The notes under the pieces are model-generated. The model ran no database searches and was not told the origin of the DNA. It saw only the letters and a program-made list of their open reading frames with translations. From NCBI GenBank assembly GCA_051294375.1, contig CM119264.1, forward strand, positions 6,223,073-6,287,072: a stretch of 64,000 nt of DNA, read 5' to 3'. The DNA is from Paraspadella gotoi. Its lineage: Eukaryota; Animalia; Chaetognatha. Position 1 is the first letter of the stretch. Each line of letters begins with the position of its first letter. The position numbers and the translations under genes were made by a program. Below, one piece after another: positions 16,701 to 28,700 of the stretch.

Positions 16701-19700
16701 TACATCTGAACCATTTTCTGTCTCAACTTTGTTGGAAAACTTTTACCCTCTCTCTCTCTCTCACACTCTTCTTTTGCACAATTTATTATTGAATAGTATA
16801 TGCTGATGAAGGCTTGTAATAAGCAAGCCGAAACATGTCCCAAACTACTAATAAAAAAATCGTTGTTAAATTCAAAATTCTTTGCTCTCTCTAAAAATAT
16901 TATCATAACGACCGAATATTACCCATGGGGCAATTATGACTTAAAATGACGTAATAATGACGTAAAATTTATGTAAAATCGAAAGAAAAGTAAACAAACA
17001 AACAAACAAACAAACATAAGAAAATACAGATAAATGTTTTTCATCGAGAGGAAAATCTTCTCCCCCTCCTCCTCATCCTCCCTAACCCCCTTCCCCTCCT
17101 CCTTCCCTCCTTCCCTCCCACCCTCCCCTTAGCCCCGCGGCTTCGACGGCTACTGGGTCTCCGACTCGGAAATCGTTCACCGAAATTCACACGACGCGAT
17201 CGTCGTGAGAAACGCGGAGACGTTGGAGACAGTCGAGCTCATGGACAACACGACTTTCGTGAGTCGCGGTGGTTGGGGGATTGGTGATATCTATGATGGA
17301 CGATCAATGATATTCCTATGTGCTGGGGATTGATGATATTTTCGAGCGATGATAATGGAATTGAATAGGAAATACTTCCGACGGTGATGGACAGGTAATA
17401 TTTATGAGGCTTGGAGGATTAATGATATTCCTAAAGCGGGGCTTTCGGCTTTACTGTAGGGGATCAATACTGTAAGAAAACGTAAATATATCTATTTTCA
17501 TTTGTGACCATTTAAATGTGACAGCGTTCGCTGGGTGATTCTCGCCTCAAATACTCGACGTCCGGAGATCGGAAATTCGTCCTCGTCGTTCACAACGAAA
17601 AACCAGTGAGTGTGATTTTTTTTGACATTTTACAAATAACAAAGACAAGAACGTGAAACAATTCGTCAGGACAGAAATGTTGCTACAAATACATCGACGA
17701 CGAAATTGATTCTAATCCTTTTTCGCAGGTGTTTCGTCACAGCACCGTCGCTTACTACAAAATTTTCACGGTCAACAACAAGTGAGCAGAATTTTTATTC
17801 GATAACATTAAAAAAAATATATATATATTTCGTTATCGTTTCCCAAAGTTTTCGACGTTTATTTTTTTTCCATCCNNNNNNNNNNNNNNNNNNNNNNNNN
17901 ATCCACTTTTATCTTTTGTCAACTCCATTCATTATTTTTGAATCTTCTGTCAACTCTCATATCTCTTCAAACCTTTTCATTACTTCCTCCATCCATCCTG
18001 CATCTTCCACTTCTCAACTCTTTTCATCTTGTCAACTCGCCATCTCAATCTCTTTTCATCTTTGTCAACTCTCATTCTCAATTCTATCTTTTCATCTTTC
18101 TCAACTCATCTAAATCTTTATTATTCATCTCGAACTCTTTCTCAAACTCAATCTCAATCTCTCATCTCTTTTCATCTTTCGTTAAACTCCATCTCACTCT
18201 TTTCTTCTTCGTCAACTCCATCTCAATCTCTTTTCATCTTTGTCAACTTCCATTCAATCTCTTTATTCTCGTCAACTCCATCTCAATCTTTTCATTCTTC
18301 GTCAACTCCATCGTCAATCTCTTTTCATCTTCGTCAACTCCATCTCAATCTTCATCTTCGCATCTTCGCATCAACTCTTTTCATTCGTCTCAAATCTCTT
18401 TTCATCTTTGCTCAACCTCTATTCTCAATCTCTTTTCATCTTTGTCAACTCATCTCAATCTCCTTTCATCTTTGTCAAACTCCATCTCAATCTCTTTTCA
18501 TTTTCGTCAACTCATCTCAATCTCTTTTCACTCTTGTCAACTCCATCTCAATCTCTTTTCTTTTCAACTCTATCTTCATCATCTTTTCATCTTTGTCCAA
18601 CTCCTTCAATTCTTTCATCTTGTCAACTCCTTCTCAATCTCTTTTCACTTCGTCAACTCCATCCATCTCTTTCCTTATCAACTCTATCTCAATCTTTTTC
18701 ATCTTTGTCTCAACTATCCATACTCTTTTTATCTCTCGCACATCCATCTCAATCTCTTTTTCATCTTTGTCAACTCATCTCAATCTCTTTCATCTTCGTC
18801 AACTCCATCTCAAACTCTTTTCATCTTCGTTCAACTCCATCTCAATCTTTTCATCTTCGTTCAACTCCATCTCACTCTTTATCTTTCAACTCCATTTCAA
18901 TCTTTCATCTTCGTCAACATCCATCTCAATCTCTTTTCATCTTCGTCAACTCCATCTCAATCTCTTTTCATCTTTCTCAACACTCATCTCAATCTTCTTC
19001 GATCTTCGTCAACTCCATCTCAATCTCTTTTCATCTTTTCAAACTCATCATCAATCTCTTTTCTTCTTCGTCAACTCCATCTCAATCTCTTTTCATCTTC
19101 GTCAACTCCATCTCAATCTCTTTTCGATCTTTCTTCAACTCCATCATTCAATCTTCTTTTCATCTTCGTCAACTCCATCTCAAACTCTTTTCATCTTTGT
19201 AACTCCATCTTCAATCTCTTTTCATCTTTCCATCCACTCATCTTTCATCATTCTCAACTCCATCTCTCAACTCTTTCATCTTGCTCAACTCCATCTCAAT
19301 CTCTTTACTTTCCAACTCTATTCTCAATCTCTTTTCATCTTTCTCAACTCCATTTCAAACTCTTTTCATCTTCGTCCAACTCTCATCTCAATTCTCTTCT
19401 TCTTCGTTCAACTCCATCTCAATCTCTTTTCATCTTTGTCAACTCCATCTCAACATCTTTTCATCTTCGTCAACTCCATCTCAATCTCTTTTCATTTCTG
19501 TCCAACTCCATCTCATCTCTTTTCATCTTCGTCAACTCCATCCTCAATCTCTTTTCATCTTTCTCAACTCCACTCAACTCTTTTCTCTTCGTCAACTCCA
19601 TCTCAAACTCTCTTTCATCTTCGTCATCCATCTCAATTCTTTTCATCTTCTAACTCTCATCGCTCAATCTTTTTCATCTCGTCAACTCCATCTCCATACT

Positions 19701-22700
19701 CTTTTCATCATTCGTCAACTCTCATCTTCAAATGCTCATTTTCATCTTTCTCACTCTCTCATCTCTTTCTATCTTCGTCAACTCCATTTCAATCTCTTTT
19801 ATTCCTATCATATCTTATCTGACTCCATCTCAATCTCTTTATCATCTTCGTCAACTCCATCTCAATCTCTTTTTCTTCGTAAATCATCTCAATCTCTTTT
19901 TCATCTTGTCAACCCTTCAATCTCTTTTCATGCTTCTCAACTCCATCTCAATCTCTTCATCTCGTCAACTCATCTCAAAACTCTTTTCATCTTCGTCAAC
20001 TCATCTCGAGCGCGTGGTCAGCGGCGGCAAAGCCAGCGCAGCTGGTCGCTGCGGCGTGCCGCAGCCGAGACCCGCCAGCGCAGAGCGCGGGTTCAGCGGT
20101 CGCAACGCCAGCGCAAGCCGACCGGGAGCAGCTGGCGCAACGGCAGCGCAAGCGCGGGTCGAGGCGTCGGCAACGCCAGCGAAGCGCGGGGCAGCGGCGC
20201 AAACGGCCCAGCGCCAAGCGCGTGTGCGGCTCACGCCAGCGAAGCGCGGGGAGCGGCTGGCCCAAGCCAGCGCAAGCGCGGGGCCAGCGGGGCGCAACGC
20301 TGAGCGCAAGCGCGTGGGCAGCGGCGGCAAAGCCAGCGCAAACGCGGGGCGGCGGCACGCCAGGCGCAAGGCGCGGGCAAGTGGTCAACGCCAGCGCGCA
20401 GCCGGCAGCGGCTGGCAACGCAGCGAAACGGGGAGCGGCGGCAACCAGCGCAAGCGCGTGCAGGTGGCTCAACGCCAGGCCGGGCAGCGGACGTCACGCC
20501 AGCCGCAAGGCGCGGGCGCAGCGGGCGCAAGACCAGCGGCAAGCGGGGTCGGCGGCCGGGCAACGCAGGCAGCGCGGGGCAGCGGGGCAACGGCCCAGAA
20601 ACGCGAAGCGGGGGCAGCGGCGGGCATACGCCAGCCCATAGAGCGGGGCAGCGGCTGGCAACGCCCAGGCATAGCGGGTCAGCGGCGGCAACGGAGCGCA
20701 AGGGAGACGCAAGCGCGGGGCAGGCGGGCGCAAACAGCCAGCGCAAGGCGGGTACAGGCGCCGCCAAAAAAGGCGAGACGCGCTCGGCGCAACAGGCCCC
20801 GGGCCCGTACCCCGCACGGGGCGTGCCGCCCCGCCGCGGCCGCCACCGACCGCCGCGCCGCCGCACCGCAGCCGCCAGCGCCGCCGCCCGCGGCGCCGGC
20901 AAACGCAGGCAAAGGGAGGCCGGGCAGCACTCCCGCGTGTGGGGGCACCGAAAACAACAGGGGCGGCGCGCCGCCGGCGACGACGACGACCGACGACGGA
21001 GACCGGACGACGACGCGGACAGGCAGGGGCGCGAGGGGAGGTGGAGAGACAGCGGGCGAGAAAGGGAAGGAGAGGGAGCGATACGGTACGGACGACGCGG
21101 GAGAGTGGGGGGAAGAAAAGCCCCCAAAGGGCGGGGCGCGAAGAGGGCAGCGAGAGGGACGAAAAAGGGGACAACCAAGAGAAGGTAGAAACAGGAGGAG
21201 AGGAGATGAAGGGGGGGGAGTGCGGCAAGGGACGGAGGGCAGGGCAAAAGGACGGCGGCGAGACGGGAGCCCCGTAGGGACGAGGGAAGGGGCGGGCGGA
21301 GAAGCGGGCCGAAGGAAGGCGGGCGCGGAGGGTCAGACGGGGCGACAGGAAGCGCGCCGGGGGGCGGGCGGGGGCGCGTGGGCGGGCGGGCGGCGGGCGG
21401 GCGAGGGGCGGGGGCGGGGGGGCGGGGGGCGGTGGGGGCGGGAGGGGGAGGCGGGGAGGCGGGGGAGGGGGCGAGGCGGGGCGGGCGGGCGGTGCGAGCG
21501 GGGGGGCGGGCGGGCGAGCGGGCGGGGGCGGGCGGGCGAGGGGGCGGGCGGGCGGGGGGCGGGCCGGGCGGGCGCGGGACAGGAGGTGACCGGCGAGCGC
21601 TGGCGCCGCGCGGGGCCCGCGAAGGAAAGCCGTTAAACAAGGCCGCGGACCCGAACCCCGACCGGCCACGGCGGCGCGCCACCGAGAGAGCACACGCTGA
21701 CGGGGGGAGGGAGGCACCAGAGAGGGGGTGAGGACGGGGGTATGACGGAAAAGTGCACAGGGGCCGCGCGACGAAGCACAGCAACGACGACCACGAAGGA
21801 GCTGGAGGCGGGAGAGGCGAGGACCGCTGGGAAAACGAGCACAGGGGCCCGCGCGACGAGCCAGAACGACGCACGAGGAGGAGCGGGTAGGACGAGTGGG
21901 TGGCTGAAAGAGCACAGGCCTCCGCGAGCGAGCGCAGACGACCGACACGAGAAGACGGCAGACACGAATGAGGGACGTGGGCGAGGGGGCCGCGCAACGC
22001 GGACGGAAAAGAGCACAGGGCCGCGCGGGATGCGGAGCAGAACGGACGACCGAGGAGGAGCGGAGGACGGGGAGGACGGAAGAGACCAGGCCGCGCGAGC
22101 GAGCCAGACGAACACGGATAGGACGGAGGCCGGGCGAGGAGGAAAAGAGGCACAGTGAGCCGCGCGTGAGCGAAGCCCCAGAACGACAGAGGGGGGGCCA
22201 CGGGCCCCAGAGGGAAGCACCCGGGGAGGAGAGGACGAAGGCAAGTGGGGACGGGACAACAATGAGAAGGGGTGCGAGATTAAGGACGACGAGTCCAGGG
22301 CAGGAAAACAAAGGAAACACAGGGGGGGCGCAAAGACGGGCAATCAACACAAACGAGAGGCGAAGCGGGAGCGGGGAGAGGGGGAGAGGGAGACGGATAA
22401 CGCAAAAACGTAGTTTTAGGCGTATTTGTGAGGAGAGGAACAGGAGAGGGAAACGGGAAGCCAGCGGGACGGTAAGAAAAGAAAAGAAAAAGAAAGAAAA
22501 GAAAAGAAAAAAAAGCGGGGGAAAGGATCCAACCGGGACAGCGCCAGCAGAAAGAGCCAACACGAAACGCAACCCAAAACGAACGGGGGGCGAGGCCAGC
22601 AAGCAAGAGGCGGGGGCGTCCGCCGCGGCCGCCGCGTCCCACGCCGGCGCACGCACCGCGCAACGGATTGGAAGGAGGGTCCCAAAGAGGAAAGCGGACC

Positions 22701-25700
22701 CCCCGGGAGGCCCAACGCCGGGAGCGGACCAAGAAACGAAAGCCCAACAGAGACGGTACGGGAGCGCCGAGCGGGTGCGAAGGACGGCCGGACACGCCCA
22801 GTGGGAAAGGCCGCCGGCCGCGGCCGGGAAGCGCGGAGGCCGCGGCCGCCGAGCGGCGGCAGAGGGGGCGCGCGGACGGGGACGGGCGTGCCAGGCGAAG
22901 CCGGAGCAAGAGGGGCCAGAGGAGCCGAAGACCCCGACGAAAGGAGGACGCCACCGCCGCAGGCGCCTAGGACTGGCGGACGCAGCGGCTAGACCCCGCG
23001 CTTGCAGACGACGAAGAAAGCGGAGGCGCGACGGCGCAGGCCAGCGGCGGCGCCGCAGCGCACCAGCAGCGCCGCGGAGCGGAGAGGGGGCGGACGAGTC
23101 GTTGTACTTTACGAACAGTGAGGCGGAAGGAAGGGCCGGCCGCGAAGGCCAAGAGAGAGGGAGAAGGGGCGAAGCGGGGATAGGCGGGCGGGGGCGATGC
23201 ACGCGAATGCTCCGCAGAAGAGGAACGCGCGGCGGGGGGACTGAGGATGACGAGGCCGACGTAGCGGGAACGGGCACAGCAAGGCGACGGGAGGGGGGAC
23301 GACGACGGCGCCGAGCGGAACGACGCCCGGCGCCCCAGCGCAGCAGAACGCGGTGAATCGAGGTCAGTGGCCAAAGAGGACGCGGGGGGGGAAAGGCTAG
23401 AGGGACGGCGGGCGCCCAGGGGCAGCCGGGCTAGGAGCGGGGCGGGGAGAACCGGGCCGGGAGAGATAAGACGGGCGGGACTAGGACAGCGGGTGGCCAC
23501 TGGCCAGAGTGAATCGCGTGGGAGTGAATATGACAAAGTCAAGTGTGACTAGTGACAACAATGAGAAAAGTGGGCGAGAGGACGACGAGCAGTTCAAATG
23601 TAAAACAATTAACACATTTTTTTCGCAAGACTGCAAACACAAACTTAGATTCAAGCTGAGCTGTTAGAGTGTTAGATGTTAGACTAAACGCGAAAAACAT
23701 CATCGATATATTAGATGTTAACATTAGATGTTAAACAGGGAATCCAAGCTTGACGGAATAAAAATAATAAAATAAAATAAAATAAAATAAAATAAAAAAA
23801 AATCTTTTGAAATGACCAACCGTGACATCGCCATCATAAATATCACAAACACGTAAACAGCAACAAAACTAACTTTTTTCTATTTTCCATCAATCAATTT
23901 CTTTTGTTCTTTCTCCTCCTCCTCCTCCTCCTCCCCACTCCTCTCGCACGCCCCCCTCAACGAGAGAGTGATGAGTGCCCCAAAGATTAAAGCGGACCCC
24001 GTGATGCCCAACGCCTCGGGTAGCTGACCCAAGAAAACGAAGCCCAACAGATACGAGACGGGGATCTCGAGCGTGGCGAAGACTGCGACCACCTCGGACC
24101 CGATGTGCTGCACCGCGGCGAAGAGGCAAGAGTGGGCCAGCAGATCGAAGACCCCGACGAAATGAAAGCGAGATGGCGCGACGGCGCAGCCAGCGTCGTC
24201 GCCGCAGCCGACACCAGCAGCGCCGCGGTGTTGTTGAGATAAAAGACGCTCCAATGGACGCCGCGGAGCTGGAGATGTTCGGAGAGGACGAACATGAGGC
24301 GCGTCAACCCCGCAGAACGGTGATGAGTGAGAGATTCTGGGCACGATTCGTCCAGACGACGACGAGAGTTGTTGACGTCACGCCAAGACACGACGTCACG
24401 TAATATTCTGCCGAAAAAAAATGTTCTGTCTGTTTGTCTGTTTTCTGTTCTTTCTTTTTATTTCTCTCCTCTCTCTCAAACCTTTGCTGTTGAATTTCCT
24501 CAGTGCGGTCTGATTTTCTTTCTTTTCGTTTTCGTTCTTTCACGCTCCAGACCAAAGTTTGACGACGGTGATTCGTCGTTCCGCTCCTGATGAGGAATAA
24601 AAGAGCGCCACACTTAATCTTACATTCTACAGTCTATTCGTCCACGCTATAATTTTATTTTTAGTTATATTCTATTCGTGGGCTATTAGTTTATTCAATA
24701 GAGTCGCCGTGTAGTAATAATATGGCAACGTTATATTAATCTCAGAGTCTAGACCCTATTCTCGATCTCTGGGATGTTCGTTCCGAATTTTAACCAAATG
24801 TAAGTCTAATATCTATTAATTAAATTTTGAAAGTAAATGTCATTCCGCAATGGTGCAATGTGTCCATTTTGTGGCCAGCAAGACTTAAATGCGGCCTCAC
24901 TGCTCATCTGCCCTCAACCTCGTCTTCACCAGTTCCGAGCAGGCTATATTCATCTCGTTACAACCGTGGTCCCGGGTTCATTCCTCTTGGGTATCCCGGT
25001 CGGCTTAAATGGACGCAAATGTGATGGAGTAGGCGGTCATCTGAGCGGTCCGCCAGCCCCTACGCCAGTTGATGATATAACCCCCTTGGTTATCACAGGC
25101 ATTCCATCCCGATCCATAATGTACGCTCAAGATCCTAACAGTATTACATCCTCTCTTAGTACATAGATAGCATACAATACTTAAAAATCTGAAATCGTAG
25201 GCTTATTATACGAAGTTTTTCGGCCATTCCTCAAATCACTTCGAGTAACAACCTTCTCCCTTACCTTAGGATATCTTTTGGGTCTTCAAATTGCGTGGTA
25301 AATGCCAGGATCATCGATTATTCGTTCGATCGTTGTTTCCGCGTACCACGCGTTTAGCAGTATAAATTTGAAACTAGCGTAACGTTTCGTACTCAAAAGG
25401 CCGAGACGCGACCGCCATCGGGCGGACCACCAGAGGGCGCAGTTTAGACGAAAGGATCTCCTCTAAGGAAACAACATGAAACAATGGGATTGTCGACTGG
25501 AGAATTGTAAAGTGTGGGTAGGCGAATTTCAGAATTCATTTGTCAAGCTCAGACGCATTTTAAGATTTTAAAGAATCAACTTTTTTGTTCTTCCTTAACT
25601 TTGCCTATCTTCCTAGTCCCTCTAACTCCATGCAGCCCAAAAAAAAAAGAACATAATCCATAAAACCAGATTACTATTTCTACACAACTAATTTTTTAAT

Positions 25701-28700
25701 TGAAAACTCTTCATTTGGTAAATGAATCAGTGAATTTTTTTATTAATTCTGATTCTGTTGAATAAATGGTTATATTCAGACCAAGGTACCATCGCCTTCG
25801 TATCTACGTCAATCATTGCCTTCGTGGACGATGATGAAACACTCTCAAACAGGTGTTGACGAATACCTTTTCAAGTACGTCAAGTTCCAAAACGACGAAG
25901 GTCGGACGAAATTAAGTTAATTGTAAACTCACTTTAGATAATTTACTTAACCCCAGAAATTGTTACATTTTTAAATTTTTTTTCCGTCTGCCTATACTTT
26001 TCCCTTGCTACTAGTGCAGGATTTGCTTCTTATCTTTCTCTTCTGTGTAGCATTTTCCCTTTACTTACTATAGAAATATTGCCTCTTTCTGTCTTACCCA
26101 CTAGATCTTCACTTGCGTTGTTTTACACAAAAAACCAGAGGCGGTACAAACAAAATAGCATTTTTAAAACAAAATAGCAATACAATTTAGTTTATAGATA
26201 TATCCACTAGAGGTTTTTAATCTTTTTGTTAGACAAAAGATCGAGATCTTCACTTGAAGTCTTTGAAAAATTTTATATTTTTTAAACAATTATTTTTTTC
26301 TTTATTTTAGGAAAGTGCCAAAATTATTTTTATTTTTTTCTATTTCCTTTATTCTATTGTATTTGATTCAAAGCAATTTTTAATTCAAATATAAATAACA
26401 AAAAAAAAATCATTATTGTTGATTTATAAAATATTTTTTGCAAGAGATGTAGCAAAAATGTGTTATAGTGCCGCAGTTAACAGTGCCAAGCTTTAAGCCC
26501 TTGAAACTTGATATACATTATTAGGCGCGGCCACTGCGTCTTGAGCCCTATCGAACTGATACCATGAAATTCTCTTGCTGGCCAAGAATAAGTACAAAGG
26601 GCCCAGACGTTTTTTTTTTTTAAAAATGTTTTCCCTAGTTTTTCGATTTTGTTTGACCAAAAAAAGTTTTTCGGCGATTCGTCGCTACAAAAATGTGAGA
26701 AAATATTATAACATCTATGAGATGATATGTCAACGTTGACTGACTCACCTACAGAAGAAACTTCCTAAAGCAAAAACCTAAAAATGTTTTCATTTTTTTT
26801 GTTGTTTTTTAAGCTATATTACACGTTAACGTTTTTTCTTTTAAAGAGTAGCGCTTCATCATTTTAATTATTTTTTTAGGTTTGTTTTTTTCATTTAAAA
26901 GTCTTTTTACAATTTATGTTATTTTAATTTTTCCTTTTTTAACAATATTTAATGTTTTTATTACTCCTATTTTACACTTAAATCGCCTAAATTTAGCCGC
27001 TAAATTTCTTCGACAGTTGCTTGACCCCACACTCAACGAAATGATCCTTCAATTCGACACTCGCTTATCCACTCTCGGTCTTTATGGCGACCAACCTGGA
27101 GCTTACTATGTATTGATGAATCTCGCTCTTGTCCGATCAGGTCATCTGGCGACGACTTTGTGGAGCCTAAGCGCTCTGCAATCTTACGTCGTTTCCGTCC
27201 ATTCTCGCTTTATTTCCGAGAGTCGGCCTCTGGGTCCCGCGAAACTCCAGTCGGTATGGCGTTGGCGGCCTGTTGATCCTGGCGGCAATGTGAGGTCTTA
27301 GTGAAGGTTGAGTTCTGACGTGACCGAGTTGGAGAAACTAAACAGAAAGTAAAGGGCCGCCCCTCTGACGGTATGGTCGCCAACTGCCCAGCTGTTCTGG
27401 GAGATTTAAAAACATTCTGCGAACAAATATAATATGGTGCCAAAAAAATGGAAAATATGCCACCAAGAATACTTTTTTTGTACGATTTTCCTAAGAAATC
27501 AAGCCCCCCAATTAGGGGTAGTCCCGCACTCAATGGTGAGTCAAAAATTTTGAGTGAGTACATGCTCAACGAATATTTAGACATTTTTTAAGTAATACTT
27601 TCCAATGGGACCAAAAATTTCTAATATTAGCGCTCTATACCCTAGTAATTAATCTTTTTAATATTTATTTATAGATAGAAAGTGCCAAAAATTTTTTTGA
27701 ATTTTTAAATTTTAAGATCCAGGATTCAAGATAGCTTCATAAAAAGTTGTCCTGCACAAAGTATGTTTCTTTCTTAAATATCTTTTACGATAAGTGTGTC
27801 AAAAATAGAAAAAACTGTAAAAAATTCATCTATCCCTATCATCTTTCGCATCGATTTATCAGTCTTTTTTATATTTCACTTAGAAACGCGAAGAATTTTT
27901 AAAAGCTAATTATATTCTTTTTTAACTTTTTTATGCTCTCATCAGAATCCATCAAAAAATTTTTAAGCATTTAAAAAATAATTTTCTTTTTTCTTGTCGC
28001 CAAGCGGCGATAATGCTTCGAGGCTTCGCCGTTGAAAAGCAAGACAAAAAGTTATGAATAATTGGGTTTTGGCGGGCGACGCCTTCGAAACATTAACCAC
28101 GCCTTCGATTGACTTCAACACTAAAAAAAAAAACCAATTCAGCCATGATGTACATGTTACATGAACCCGTCTTTTCTCTCCGGCCAGCGTCCTCACTAGT
28201 CACGATCATGCCGGTGCCCCATGGGCCGACGCCGTCACCCTCTGAACTTCAGTCGTCATCTGCCATGCTCATCCAAGCGGCTCTGCTGCGCCGGGCGCCG
28301 GCCGTTCGTTCAAATCGGCGCTCGTCGTCGTCCCACCCTCCGTCAGGGAGCATACGTCTCGTCCAAAAGGCCGAGCTTCATCTTCGCCGGCTTCGAAGTG
28401 GAACGCATCGCCGCAGAATTCCCAGACTCGAAATTTCTACTTTCTCTTGGCCTTCGGGGAGACGCCGGTGCAGCCCTTCCTTACGCCANNNNNNNNNNNN
28501 NNNNNNNNNNNNNAGGTGGTCGCCATAAAGACGAGGAGTGGATAAGCGAGTGTAGATTGAAGGATCATTTCGTTGAGTGTGGGCCGTGGGGTCAAGCAAC
28601 TGTCGAAGAAATTTAGCCGCTAATTTAAAATTGTTACAAAATGGAAAAATTAAATAACATCAATTGTAAAAGAACTTTTAAATGAAAATAAACAAAACTT

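Larger units (their letters stand above)
16281..16910. mobile_element. Penelope-like element remnant with inverted pseudo-LTR arms
   Basis: About 190-bp arms (16281-16470 and 16715-16894) are reverse complements, each with a hammerhead followed by a tail shared with 29360-29418. Confidence 0.6.

Noticed and set aside
17938-20303. Long S/F/L/H-rich ORFs; also considered as a CRISPR-like array
   Set aside because: Head-to-tail 31-bp satellite with no unique spacers; the unit simply lacks stop codons.
19732-23356. 462-927 aa Arg/Gly/Ala/Pro ORFs, G-quadruplex-like tract, possible foreign GC-rich insert
   Set aside because: Base depletion removes stop codons; part is a corrupted copy of adjacent sequence.
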